Assembly: GCF_009914755.1 (NCBI RefSeq)
Contig: NC_060925.1
Source: the human T2T-CHM13v2.0 reference genome, Homo sapiens
Direction: 5' to 3' (one strand)
DNA length: 64,000 bases
This document shows positions 14,385 to 28,236 of the stretch, piece by piece. The notes under the pieces were generated by a model. It was given only the letters and a program-made list of their open reading frames with translations. It was not told the origin of the DNA and ran no database searches. The number at the start of each line of letters is the position of its first letter. The first letter of the stretch is position 1. The translations under genes were made by a program, and so were the position numbers.

Positions 14385-15025
14385 TGGAGGTTTTTAATAA
14401 AAGCACAAAGTGAGATTTATAGAAACACATGAAATAATCACTGTAAGGCTTGGTTAAAAAAATATCAATGGCTAAGCAAACCTGATGTATACTAGTATGA
14501 ATGTGGGAGACGTAAACATAAAGTGAGCAGACAAATCACCATGTAAGCCCTACTTTCAATGTTTGAAATGACTGAAGGAATAAACCACATAAGGTCTAGA
14601 GTGTTCATAGTTCCTGAGATTTTAGCTCTGTATGGTGCTAAAAACATACAAGTATGGTGCTGGGTGTTTTGGCACCTAATCTTCCTAAATTTCTTATGTA
14701 TCGATAAGATTCTGGCATGGGAATAGATTTAAACAAGTCCTAACTCAGTACTGCCTGATTTTGGGAAAGGTCAGTTGGTATGAATGACAAGCACATTTTA
14801 TATACTGACAGCAAGAATCTTTTGCCAAATGTCTAAATAGGTTGACTGTAACCCAAACACAGAGGTTGCCAAATCTGTCTAGCTTGCAGCCTGGTAAAAC
14901 TGCCTGTCAGTACTCCTATGGAAGCTTCATTAGACTTACTCGCTAAGCCAACATGTTGGCTAATGTGTATAACAAATTAGGTCCTATCTCAAGTTCCACT
15001 TCCAATAGCATTAGGCACCCCAGTT

Positions 15026-15538
15026 TTATTGAATGCAACAGTTGTTTATATGACTATTGGAATCTTTGAAGCGCAGCCGCATTTTAGGATGATACTTCTC
15101 CAAATACAAAAGTTGCTTGCTTTTAAAAGCTCCACTCCGCTTTTGTCCTATGAATTGTACTGCATCTTCATGTTTCATTCCACCTTCAACTGATGCTAGG
15201 GCAACAAGTACTGGAGCTTTCCCAAGGCCTACAATGCAATTAACAGCAATATAACAACCAGGTTCTTCACAAAACTTAATTTTTACAAAATGTAACCAAT
15301 CAGCAACAATCTGGTTGGATGGTGGTGCACCATCACCAAAAGGCCAATTGAGAACATGGATACCTTCTTTCTCCACAAGAGTAGTGTCATAAGTTGCTTC
15401 ACATACTCTTACTATTGTGGTAGCTCCATACTTCTTAAGCTCCTCTATAAATTTATTTAAGGTCACATTGGTTGGATTGTGTGTAATAGGAAATCTCATG
15501 TTCTTGTATGTGACTTTCACAGGAGCTGGGTGGTTCAT
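15026..15538 (-). CDS. Intact 170-aa PRL-1-like ORF in the retrocopy (starts at parental Met4; translation unproven)
   Basis: About 25 substitutions in 170 aa against recalled PTP4A1; keeps C49, D72, C104 and C-terminal CCIQ; P-loop is NCIVGLGK; parental ATG1 reads ACA; weak Kozak context (cgaATGa). Confidence 0.3.
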
Positions 15539-15898
15539 TCGAGGTGTATTAATTTAGTTAAAAAATACTCAATAGGGTTATGAAATAATTAAAAAATTGA
15601 ATACAGAAATGATTCAAAGAAACTGAAGTCGACTTCAATATACTCCACTTGAAATTCTCAGTGCTTTGAGTGTGAAGTTGTAAGTAATGATAAATGAAAT
15701 GAACCTCCTAACAAGAAGCAGCAATTCTGCAATCCAGTAATACTGAGGCAACAAACAGACAAGAAGTGCACTCAGGTTTACCCCATCCAGGTCAGAACTC
15801 TTATAAAATGCTCTGTGGATTTCAATTCAACACTTTTGTGTCCAGGATAACCACTCTTATAGGGGCTTTTTGGTGGAGTAGTAATCAATTTCTACAGT

Positions 15899-16029
15899 TC
15901 ACATGTCTGAATAGAGGTTGTGCTGTGCCTGGCAGTAATCTTCACTGCCCTTCAGAAACTCAATGTGTGACCAAGAACACCACAGAACTGAGGAATGTAT
16001 TTATTCTCTGAAGATTATGGCCTAATCAT
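15899..16029 (-). promoter_or_regulatory. Disabled remnant of the conserved PTP4A1 5'UTR uORF
   Basis: Minus strand reads MIRP*SSENKYIPQFCGVLGHT, then after a frameshift EFLKGSEDYCQAQHNLYSDM*. Recalled parental uORF: MIRPQSSMSKHIPQFCGVLGHTFMEFLKGSGDYCQAQHDLYADK. Confidence 0.8.
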
Positions 16030-16129
16030 ACAGCTGGTCCTGAGGCAGCAGTGACATAGGGGGTGGCAGGCGCTACAGGGCAGGAGGTGGCGGTGGTTGT
16101 GGCAGAGTGGTGGTGGTGGTGATGCAGCA

Positions 16130-16583
16130 GACAAGTTCTTTAGTGGTGATTTCTGAGATTTTGGTGCATCCGTCACATGAGCAGTGTACACTGTACCCAA
16201 TTTGTAGTCTTTTATTTCTCACCCCCTGAGTCCCCAAGGTCCATTATATCATTCTTATGCCTTTGTGTTCTCATAGCTTAGCTATGATACTTAGTTTTTC
16301 ATTCCTGAGTTACTTCACTTAGAATAATGATCTCTAACTCCACCTAGGTTGCTGTGAATGCCATTATTTCATTCTTTTATATGGCTGAGTGGTATTCCAT
16401 GGCGCATATATATATATATATATCACATTTTCTTTATCCACTCATTGGCTGATGAACATTTAGGCTGGTTCCATATTTTTGCAATTGCAAATTGTGCTGC
16501 TATAAACATGTGTGTGCAAGTGTATTTTTCATATAATGACTTGTCTTTTTTGGGGTAGGTACCCAGTAGTGGGATTGCTGGAT
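16130..16583 (-). mobile_element. L1PB (L1PB1-like) 3' region (right piece)
   Basis: agttctttagtggtgatttctgagattttggtgca...gagttacttcacttagaataatg...; ORF2 C-terminal peptide in ORF 16423-16614. Confidence 0.9.
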
Positions 16584-17743
16584 TAGGTCCATTTTTGAGT
16601 AAACTGTGGTGCATGGAGAAGGTTCCAAGTCCAAGTAAACTCCATGGGAAATTGAAAAGGTGCTCCTTCTTAGGGAATCAGGACATCTTATTGGTTGAAA
16701 TGACTTGTCTGAAAATCTAAGCTGACTGAAACTGTGCTCAGTAAAGGAAGGTTGAGGCCTGTAACTAGTGGTTTTGGAGCTGTGAGAGTGATGTTTGGAG
16801 CAGCTAGATGACATACTAAGTGTGAAAGCTGGAATTTGAGAAATGTAGTTAAGTTGCATCATGAAAGACAATTCCCAGGATGTTTCTGACCCCAGTAAGT
16901 ACTGATTAGTGTGGTCTCTTAGCCTTAGTTTTTCCACTTTGGAATGTTGCAGATTTTTATATTAAGCTAAACCTTGAACTTGGCCACTATAGATTGAATT
17001 TTATGACCTCCATGTGTAGTTCATATTCTGAGTCCCATTTTGTCAAAACAGTTTTCCCAGATGTGCCACCTAAGCCTTCAGGGGTCATCAGATCTATGTC
17101 TTATTTTCAGAGATGGGCCACCATTGACCCAATGCTTCTTAGTTACCATACCAAAATACTCAGAGAAAAAGACTTAATTGTATTTCAGTCAACCACTCAA
17201 ATGAACTGAGAAATAAGAAAAGATGCTAGTCTTGTTTGCTCCATATTAGTTGATATTTTAATTAATGAGCTTTTGCCAGTTTATTTCTCTGTAGTGTTGT
17301 GAAAGACAACATGAGAAAAATTGTACTGTGTGCATTCGCTCATTTGTTCATTCATTCAAACAATTTTGTAAACATAGATGATGTCCAAGGCCCTGTGCCT
17401 CTGTGAGGTTTACCAGATAAATGAGGTATAGTTTTAACTGTAAAAGAATTTACAGTCTCAAGTAATTCAACAAATTCTCTCTTCGAGTTTAGTATGTGTG
17501 AGGCACTAGGATTAAAAGAGTAATGGGATTTGTATTCATTGCATCTCTGTTTTAGAAACCACGAATAGTAAAATACAACTTCCCTCAAAGTGTTTGTAAT
17601 CCAGACTGGGAAGTGGGCTGTGGGGGCATAAATTATAACTAGAAGTAGCTATTATACTAGATAAATCATTTGTCACATTTGAACCATTAAGTATTATAGG
17701 AGTTTTAGAGACAAGAGAGGCCTCTTCCAAATTGGGTCATCAA

Positions 17744-17865
17744 TAGGATAGCCATATAGTTTTTCATCCAGATTGGGACACCACTGAGAGTCGAAGGGGG
17801 TATGGCTACTAATAATTGAGAAACAAACTGGTATCACCCAGGTAAACCAGGACATACTTCATACG
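17744..17865 (+). mobile_element. MER81-like (hAT-Blackjack)
   Basis: tagg..gccatatag..tcatccagattgggacac..tgagagtcgaaggggg..taataatt..aaaccaggacata. Confidence 0.65.
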
Positions 17866-18716
17866 GGTATGGCTCATGGAGGAAGTTGCATTTAAACTGA
17901 AACTTGCAGTAAATTTAAACCAGAATTACAAATCCTTTCTCAAATACAATATCCCATTAGTACCATCTTTCACATGTGTGCCTTGGAGCTGCCTTAGAGT
18001 TAAACAGATTGAAGTTAAATTGTTTCAGTAAATCAGTAGCCAATCAATTTTAAAAAGAGATCTGAAAGCAACTTATATCTACACAAGCTCTAAGAAGACT
18101 ACTATATGGCAAGGTGTTCTGTATGTCAGAGAAAGTGCATAAGTTTTAACTCAGGTGCCAATTTTGACTGAATGACGTTAGATTCCTGAAGCATGGTATT
18201 GAGAAGGATTCTGAGACTGTAACCTGATTCAGTGGGAAAGAATGCTGTGTTTGATTAACAATGTCTACTATGGATACAGGAAGTTGAATTGGTGCTGCTC
18301 ATTTGCTTTCTCTTATAAAAGCATTTATATATAATTCAGCAGGTAATTTTTGAAAATAAGTATACACTGTTCAGCTTACCACTTTCAATTATTAAATCTC
18401 TGAACAAGAGTAAAAATAATAAAATTAAATTGAATAACTGTTCTTAGTGCTAGGTGACCTTTTCTATGGGTCTTTCTGTAATCTGCCATTTTTCTTTTTC
18501 ATATACTTTTGAATGAACTTAAATATATCAAGTAATATGGTCATCAAGTAACACATTCATGATACTACAATACTACTGCAGGAAATTGAGTAAAGGGACC
18601 AGTAGTGACTTAAAGTAACTCAGTAAACTCATAATAAAACAATTCATTGATTTTGGTGCCTTATCTTAGGGAAGGGAGTATGGTGTATTGAAGAAACCAC
18701 TGGATTGGGAGGTAGA

Positions 18717-19080
18717 TGTCTGAGTCCATTTAGGCTGCTATGACAAGCTATCATAATATAGGTGGCTTATAAGCCACAGACATTTATTTGTCATAGTTCT
18801 AGAGGCTGGGAAGTCCAAGACCAAGGCACTAGCAAATTCAGTGCCTGGTGAGCATCAGCTTTCTGGCTCACAGATGGCACCTTCTTGCCATGTTCTCACA
18901 TGGTGGAATGGTGTGAGGGGTCTCTCTTGGGCATCTTTTATTAAAGCACTAATTTCATTCATGATCTAATCACCTTCCAAAGTCCCCACCTCCTAATGAC
19001 CATCACCTTGGGCATTAGGATTTCAATATATACATTTTTTTTTCGGAGACAGGGGAGAGACACAAACATTTAGACCATAG
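18717..19080 (-). mobile_element. MLT1A0-like solo MaLR LTR inserted in a MIR
   Basis: tgtctgagtccatttaggctgcta...ggctgggaagtccaagaccaagg...aacatttagaccatag. Confidence 0.85.
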
Positions 19081-19254
19081 AGAATTTGGATTTCTTGTCC
19101 AGCTTTGCTATTAGTTATATTGATGCTATTTAGGCCACCTACTTCTTAAAGTCACAGTTATTTAATCTGCAAAAAAGGAAAATTGATTTCTGAGTTTCCT
19201 TTTTCAAATTAATAGTCTAGACATTTCAAATCACATTTCTTCTATAATTATATA

Positions 19255-19448
19255 CTTTCTTAATAAAGAACTAATAGTAAATAATTTAGGCTTTGCAGAC
19301 CTTACAATTTCTGTCACAACTACTTCATATTATTGTTGTAGTATGAAAGCAGTCACAAACAATATGTAAATGAATGATTATGATTGTGTTCCAATAAAAC
19401 ATTTACAAAAATAGTTTCTTGCCTTAGAGCTTTAGTTTCCCAACCCCT
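19255..19448 (-). mobile_element. MER58A
   Basis: atagtaaataatttaggctttgcagacc...tgtgttccaataaaac...ccaaccccta. Confidence 0.75.
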
Positions 19449-21544
19449 ATGTTAATCTGTCTCACCAGATAATAGTTATCTGTTGCTGAATAATGAAAAA
19501 TTATAGCTTAAAACCACAAATCTTTATTATCTCACAGTTTCTGAGGGTCAGAAATCTGTGAGTGGCTTAGCTGAGTATAAAAAGTAATTCAAAATTTATG
19601 TATGTTGTCTCAAGATAAATATTACTTGATTTCCCCTTTTCCATATTTTCCTCATAAAGGTATAACAATATTTTTATGGACTCTATACTAAAGGTACATT
19701 CTGCCTTCAGGTATAGAGATGCCAGAGATACCAGCAAAGAGGTTAAAGTTTCCACAGAGAGGGATCAAGAGAGAGGAAGGTAGGTGGGCAAAAGAATGGC
19801 TCCTAAGTGAGAGAAGACAGCAGGAATAGAAAACCCCAGGCCAGAAGGAGTTGTTGAAAGACTAAAAGGAAGCATAACTAATATATTCATAACAGGTAAG
19901 AATGTTGCTTCATGAATATGTTAATAACTTAATCTATTCTTCTGAGGTTGAGGACATCTGGTAATCATTGATCTGAAAGCTACTTGAGGTCTTCTGAGAT
20001 GTTCGCAGACTAAGTCATTGTTTTATTTTTTTAATCCAACAAGCATTTGTTGTGATGAAAGATGACAAGCCCCAAATCAGAAAGTATGTAATGTGCTCAT
20101 TAGGAAACTCAGATTTTGCCTTGGGCACAGTGATAGACAAACGGGGGATATCCTACCTACCGGCCAAAGCTGTTGTTCTCACCATCATCCCCCTTGGCAC
20201 CCTGGCTCCCTAACCCAGTTGGAATGACTGACACCTCTAGTAGCTACTATCCAAACTTTCCCATAAGACCTCACTCTTCTAAGTAATTTAGCACACCAGG
20301 CCTTATTTAAGAAACAATCTGAAACAAAAAGAGAAAGAACGCAATGGTGGTTGTTTTTGACAAAGCCAATTTCTTAGAAGTAAAGATTGAAATTTCATTC
20401 AAAACCAGAAATGACCAGTTGATGGCAACAATTTTTTTTTTTTGGCATAAGCAACTACTGTGAGGAACCTGCTCTGTCAGTGAGGAGTTGATCAGGTTCA
20501 ATGGCCTGTCTGTTACAGTAACTGCCTCTAGTGAACACACCACCCACAAATGCCAGGAAACATTGCTCTTTCTTTAAAAAGTAATAATAAAGAACACTTC
20601 ATATGAATTATAGAGTGTCTTTGGCCAGAGTTTTTATTAATATTTATTATTATTTGACAGCACCTTTATGGTGTTCTCATTAATCAATTATACTTAAATT
20701 TGAAATATTTCACAGCTTTTTTTTTAACTTAACACCTATTGAGGGTAATAGAATTAGGGTTTAGAACACATGCAGGAGAAAGATCTCATGGTGTTCTCTG
20801 CCCAGAATGCTGAGAATTAGACCTGAATTGGGAGTTGTTGCTTGCAGAGATCATGAAATATCAGCTATCTGTAGTTTGTCTCCATTTCATAGTGCTTCTG
20901 AGACACTGGGGTGATTTCAGGCAACATTTACACTGAGTTTCCTGAGGAAAGAGAAGTGTACCAGTTTATCTTTGTACTGCCAGAAATGAAAGAAATGATA
21001 TGAGTCCTGATTTTTGTGTCAAGCACTGAGGTAAATATTTTACATTTATTTCATCATTTAATTTCTATACTGAGAAATTAGTTTTAGCCTCATATGATGG
21101 ATGCAACAACCTGAATCTCTCACAGTTTGCTAGGATAATATAGCATACAGAACATGGTAGGTACTCAACAAATTTGTGCTAAATAAATTTGTTGAAGGTA
21201 TAAATATAAAAACTGTGATCTAAGGAGGTCAAGAGTGATCTCTAAAGATCTAATGGGTCTTAGAATGATCAGCTTAGAACACCGACTGTGCCCAGAGGTC
21301 ACTTACCAGCTGGTTTGCCTCTTGTTTGAGATCAAGGTATCTTGAAGCAAATGCCATTTCTAACTTAATAATGGTAAGCCATAGGAATGCACAGCTCTTT
21401 CTGAGGTTAAGGTGTTGACTTTGAGCACAGCTGATGTATAGAGAGTTGGTAAAACATTATGTGCTTAGTATGATATAGTGGGACTTTCAAAATCAACTGT
21501 TTTGCCCATTTAAGTCCAAGAGAAATAAAAATGGGATAAAATAG

Positions 21545-21891
21545 TGTCTTAGTCCATTTGGGCTGCTACAACAAAATACATTAGACTGAGTAATTTATAA
21601 ACAATAGAAATTTATTGTTTACAGTACTAGAGGCTGAGAAGTTCAAGATCAAAGTGCCAGCGAATTCAGTGTCTGGTGAGGACCTTTTCCTCAAAGACAG
21701 TACTTCTGTCTTCATATGGAGAAAGGGGAAAGACATCCTTTGAGCCTCTTTTATAAGGGCACTAATCTCATTCATAAGGGTGGTGCCCTCATGACTTAAT
21801 CACTTCTCGAAAGCCCTACCTTTTAAAACTATCACATTGGGAATTAGATTTCAACACAGGAAATTTGGAAAGACACATTCAGACCATAGCA
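21545..21891 (-). mobile_element. MLT1A-like solo MaLR LTR
   Basis: TG...CA termini (tgtcttagtcc...accatagca); 5-bp TSD aatag/aatgg. Confidence 0.88.
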
Positions 21892-22253
21892 AATGGTAAG
21901 GGAAGTCACTGACTACCAGCTCAACATATTTTGTTCCATTTATTATTATTATAATCATTCTACAGCTGCCCCAAGAACTTCCATTTTCATTCCCACTCTC
22001 TGGCCTAATGTTTTTCCCTTTCTCATTCTGCTCTGAACGAAGTCTTTTTGGTCAGATAAGTCAATGTATCTTTAATTCAGAGAGGTGAAACATTCCATGT
22101 GTGTTTCTGATAATTTACTGTTGCCACATGGCTCATTGGGAAGTAAAGAGTTTCTGAAAGTCAGGAGGCCATTGAAATGAATAGTGCAAACTTCAGCAAT
22201 GCCAGGAAGCATTAGAGCCACACTCATTATAGTAGAGGCATAAAAACAGCTAG

Positions 22254-22800
<547 letters not shown>

Positions 22801-24489
22801 AAAGCTGCATTTCCTACAGGGAACGGATGAGATAGCTGTCCTGGCACTCAAATGAATAAAATAAAATATACAGAATTCTTGGGAGACTTCCTAAGGGACC
22901 AGGTTTTTGTTTGATTCAATGTAAATACATTCAACAATATTTCACTGAAGACCACCTATGCTCCTTCCTTTATGTTATATCCTTAAATACACCCATTAAA
23001 ATTGCTGCACATCTGGGCAGATGCTCTGCCTGTTTCTAGCACCTACCTGAGGAAATAGTGTGGATGACTGAAGTAGTACTACGGGGGTTCAGATTTCCTT
23101 GAAAACTAAGCCTTATAAATCATGAGAGTGACGGAACACTAATTCCCAAATAGCAGAATGCATTACATTGTTTCAGGTCAGCGATAGCATCATTGTTTTA
23201 GTGATCAGAATACATTAAATGCATGCCGATTTTGTCACCTTTTTGGTTAGCAAGGTACTTAAGACCTTTCTTCATTTTCCTCTTATCTATCATTCTACTC
23301 TCATCTCTCATCATTCTCTAAATTCTCGTTATTTTCCAAACACATCAAGCTTCTTCCCATTTTTATTTTTTTGAAGAAGTCATTCCTTCCTGCTGGAATA
23401 CTGTTTTTATCCTCTATTTGATACACTTATTAAGATTCATCTTAAGTATTCCTTCCACTTCTATCCCCATCCCAGTCCTACCTCTGTGCTTTCATATCAT
23501 ATTTATTTACATTGTTGTAATGATTTTAGGATGTTTGGGAGCAAAGTCTACTGGGACTATTCAGGAGAAAGGTGAAGAGAAAGAGAACTTGTCAGGGCTG
23601 GGACAGAGCAACTTAACCAGGTTGCAGGGCAGATCCCCAGGAGGGCAGGCAGGAGAGTGGATGTATAAGTGGGTGGGCAACAGCAATAAGCAGCCAAGGA
23701 CACTGTGGCCAAGGGGCACTGAGCCTTCCGGAGATCCTCCATACAGGGATGATATCTGGGGTCTACATTGTGGGCGATTATTCAGATCAAAGGACTGTTG
23801 TCTGTAGGCAGTCCAGCTGTCAGAAGGAGTTTAAGGCCAGTGCTAGGTAAGGAAATTGGACAGTAGACTTGGTCAATACCACAGGAGTAAGAAAGCCAGG
23901 GCTCACTCTGACCCACTGGACACTGAGTCTGACAGCATCATCAATTCCACCCTGCTGAAAAAGCTCCTGTTCAGATAGTTAACTTAGAAGCTGAAGAGGG
24001 AGAGAAGACAGGAGGAGAGTGTCAGAGTCTTCAGCTAGAAGGAGTGAGGAAGGCAGAGAAGGACTGTCATTTTGGCAAATTAGAAAGGTGCTACTTTCCT
24101 AGCACTAGAACACACACCCTGCCAGATTAGACCTCATGTCTCATTCGTCTGTGTCTCCCTGGTGCCTAATACTCTGCCCGACATGTAACAGGCTTTCAAT
24201 AAATGTTAAAGTGAAGAAGCAAATCAGTAAATACACAAATAGTCCTCAGCCTCTATAAAACACACTCTCTGTTGCACTATCTACCATTAGTTGAATAGAA
24301 ACACTCAACTAATATGTTGGTGATGCAATACATAATTGTCTGATTATAATTCCCCATCTTAATTTCTCATCCCACTGGCATCCCATACTGAAAAGTATAG
24401 TACATCAAATTTATTTCAAAAATAGAGTTGGCATAATTTACTTTTTATTATAAAAATGTCATATGTGGAGAAGAGTATATACGACATAC

Positions 24490-24798
<309 letters not shown>

Positions 24799-25639
24799 TA
24801 CAAAATACCACATAACTGCATTATTTAAATAATTTACATAATTTAAGTAATTACAAAGTTCACACCACCACCCAGGTTGAGACAAAGAACATTGCCAGTG
24901 CCTCAGAAAGGCCTGTGTATACATTTCTGTCTGATTTCACTCCTTCTCTTCCCTCATATCCTAATTTTTCTGATAATAATTTCTTCCTTTTTCTTTACAG
25001 TTTTATCATTTATGCATGTGTTCCTAAAATATATATTTAGCTTGCTTGGCTTTGAACATTATTTGAATAGAATCTTCATATATGTATTTATTTGTGTGTC
25101 ACTTGCTTCTTTGGCTAAACATTATATTCGTAAGATTATGTTAATTTATTTTGAGATTTTTTTAAACATCTCTGTTGCTTAGAGGACTGGAGAGTATGTT
25201 TACCTTTTACCCTCAGTATGGAAATTTCTGAGTGAGCTATAGTGTACAGCCATGCTCCTCTCTCAGAAAAGTCAAACTGACAAAACAAACATTGAAGGTG
25301 GTTATTTATTTTACAAAAATTTCATCATAGTAGTCATTTAAAATGACTGGGTTAAAAATAAAAACTTAGACAGTGTTTTGGAAATTCTTGTCAATGGAGT
25401 TATATTAGAATTGATTTCACATGGAGGTCAAAAGGGAGTGCATTTGAGGGATGGGGAAAAGAAGAGTGTAATTAGCATGAGGATTAGGGAGGACAGCTGG
25501 AGACTTGATGTCCAGACAGCACAAGGTGATGAGAAATCTCACTACCTTTTTGGGCCAGGAGCCCAGGGAAGGAAGTACTGTATTTTTGGCAATAAGATTG
25601 AGTGTGTGAACAGCTGAAGATATACCTGTTTTTCCTTTT

Positions 25640-25767
25640 TTTTTTTTTTTTTTTGACAAATTTCCACTATGTTGTCCAGGCTGGTTTCACACTCCTGAGT
25701 TCAAGCGATCCTCCCATCTCGGCCTCTTAAAGTACTTGGGTTACAGGCCAAGTCGACATGCCCGGCT
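25640..25767 (-). mobile_element. FLAM / Alu monomer
   Basis: Poly-T then Alu left-arm sequence; TSD tgttttt/gcctttt. Confidence 0.85.
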
Positions 25768-28171
25768 TGTTTTGCCTTTTGTATCTGAGGAGCTTCCTTT
25801 ATTTCTTCCTATTTTCTTAATAATTCAGGCCTGTACATCCAGACCTATGCTACTGGTACTAAAAGAAAGACTGGCTCTGTTCTTGAGGCATCTAGCTACC
25901 AAGAAGGTGCATTTTCCTGTTAATTACTCAAGTGATTTTAGCTATACAGACTTGATAACATTCATATGTGTCCACTGGTTTGGCATCAAATCCAAAAAGT
26001 TATCAAATAAATAACTACTTCTGAAAAAAGTTGGTTGGATTAAGTCAACAACTTGTTACCCATAAGTTGTTTTTTAAAAAGCTATCTGAAAGAATTCAAA
26101 TTCTAGATAAGAATCTGACAGCTGGATGGGATAGCAAAGATCTCTAAGTCTAATCCCCTTAGCTCGAGAGAAGTTCAATAAATTACACAAAGAGCAGTGA
26201 CTAGACCTAGGTCTCTTAGTTCCTGGTCGAAAGCTCTTATCCACTGCCTCCAAGTTTTCATTTAATTTATCTGGTGTCTATAACTGAATTTTATTTTAAC
26301 GCTATTCTTTTAAAAAGAGTCTTAAAAAAGGTGTTATTTTCATTATTTAAAAAATACATTTTTGCATTGTAATTTATCCTTCCCTATAAGAAAAACTCAA
26401 GATACTCTTTGAGGGTGTAGCATGTCAGCTTTAAAATCAGTCTGTCTAGGGAAGAAACCTATAGAAGGTGAGAGGGAAATCTAGTTCACGATAGGAAGGC
26501 TGTTTTTGGGTCAGAGCCTGTGAAGGTCACCCACATAACAGTAGGAAAAGCAGAGTGTAAGAGTCCATGGAGAAAGTCAGGTCAGATGTGAAGGTGAGAA
26601 CTTGCTTAAATGCTCTTCTCAGTTCCACTTCCCTTTGAAATACGCATTAAGGTAATCAGTTGAGGATTACTTCAGGTTGTGAGGAGAAAGGTGCTAAGGG
26701 TTTGAGCAGGGAAGAGAAGGTATGAAATGGTCATTAGGCGAGCAGGAGAATGAATGGGCCAGAGAAATGTAGTAGGATCTGGACTGCAGAAGGGCCACTC
26801 GAGATTAAAGACCATGCATTCAAATTGAATCCAGACACCATATTTCCATGTTTTTCTCTGGTCACCATAAGCTACATGGGTGCAGACAGTTCACAGAAAG
26901 GTTGATTTAGCTAGGTTTGGGATTTTGCCAAGGGAGTACAATGAAATAGAGAAAGCAAGGGCAGGGGGTTCAGAATGTATGCAAGGGAGTGATCTGATGA
27001 TGAAAAATTATTATGTCTGTGTCTCAGAAATCCTTGTGTCCTGTAGACCCATTTGCCAAATTCAGAGCTATGTTTAGACTGGGACATAGTAGGCTCTCAA
27101 TAGATATTTGCTGAATAAATATCTTTCAATTAATGAACTTGTTATTAATCATAGATTTATACTACCTTGTTATGTACTGTAGGGGAGACATAAAGAGACA
27201 TGCCTTGATTTCCACTCTAAAGGACTTTATAATCCAATTGATAAATAGAAAATGATGTGAAAAATATAATAAAATAGAAAACAAAAGCCTTTTGTGAGTG
27301 TTTGTATGTTTTGTAATGCTATTGTTTAATTACTATTGGATATTTTCTTTGAATACTTGCTACCACCTGAGCATATACAGGTACATGTTGATTTCTGGTT
27401 GATGAACCCAAGCAAAGTAGAGGTAGATATGATGAACTGTGTGAGATGGTTTTAAAAGTTTCCTTTAAAAACATAATCTTGTATTTGCCTTTTCATTTGC
27501 TTTATCATTTGGAATTGAAACTGTCTCTCAGTGCTGAATAAGGATTTGCAGTCTTCTATTTTTAAAGAGCTTGCTTATGGATAAAGTTCGATCTTTCTTT
27601 CTGGTTCTGCTCTTCACAAGATATATTGCATTTGACAGTTCTTTCATGTTAAGAGTTGAATGTGGACTCCTAGGCTGAAGTTGTGATTTATGCTACCCAT
27701 GAAACTTAAGGCCTTCACCGGCAATGGAAAAGCAATCAAGAATTGATGTAAACAGACCAATCTGACCCCCATCTGTTGTGGTTTAGTATTTTCTCAGAGA
27801 GAGACATTTACTCCAATAACTCCCTGTGATGTTAACAGGAGGTTATATACAGTATCAGAGCCAGCCTCTTTTTGAGTAGGTGGATATAGGTGGACACACA
27901 GTTGGCAGGATTTCAGAGTCCTCAGGAGAAACTTAGTCCATCAGAAGGTGTTTCCCCCATCAATTGTTTAGAATATTGTTTTCATGATTTCAGCCAAATA
28001 ATCATTTGTGATGTGTTAAAAAAGGTAGCCTTATCATCATTTAATGATTAATGAAAATATTAAATAATGAGATATCCAAGTGAGTGACCACAGTGATGAT
28101 GGAAAATTTGGTATTTATGTATGAGGTCTGTGGAAGTCCAAACATGCAGGTTGGCAGGTGGGCAACTGGCA

Positions 28172-28236
28172 ACAGATGGGTCTGCCAGAGCCTCAGATAC
28201 CAAGACATATGGGTCTGCCAGAGCCTCAGATATCAA
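28172..28236. repeat. 33-bp tandem duplication
   Basis: aca(g/t)atgggtctgccagagcctcagata(c/t)caa x2. Confidence 0.95.

Noticed and set aside
21165-21195. 11-bp inverted repeat tcaacaaattt...aaatttgttga
   Set aside because: AT-rich and at an L2-like 3' end; no evidence of function.
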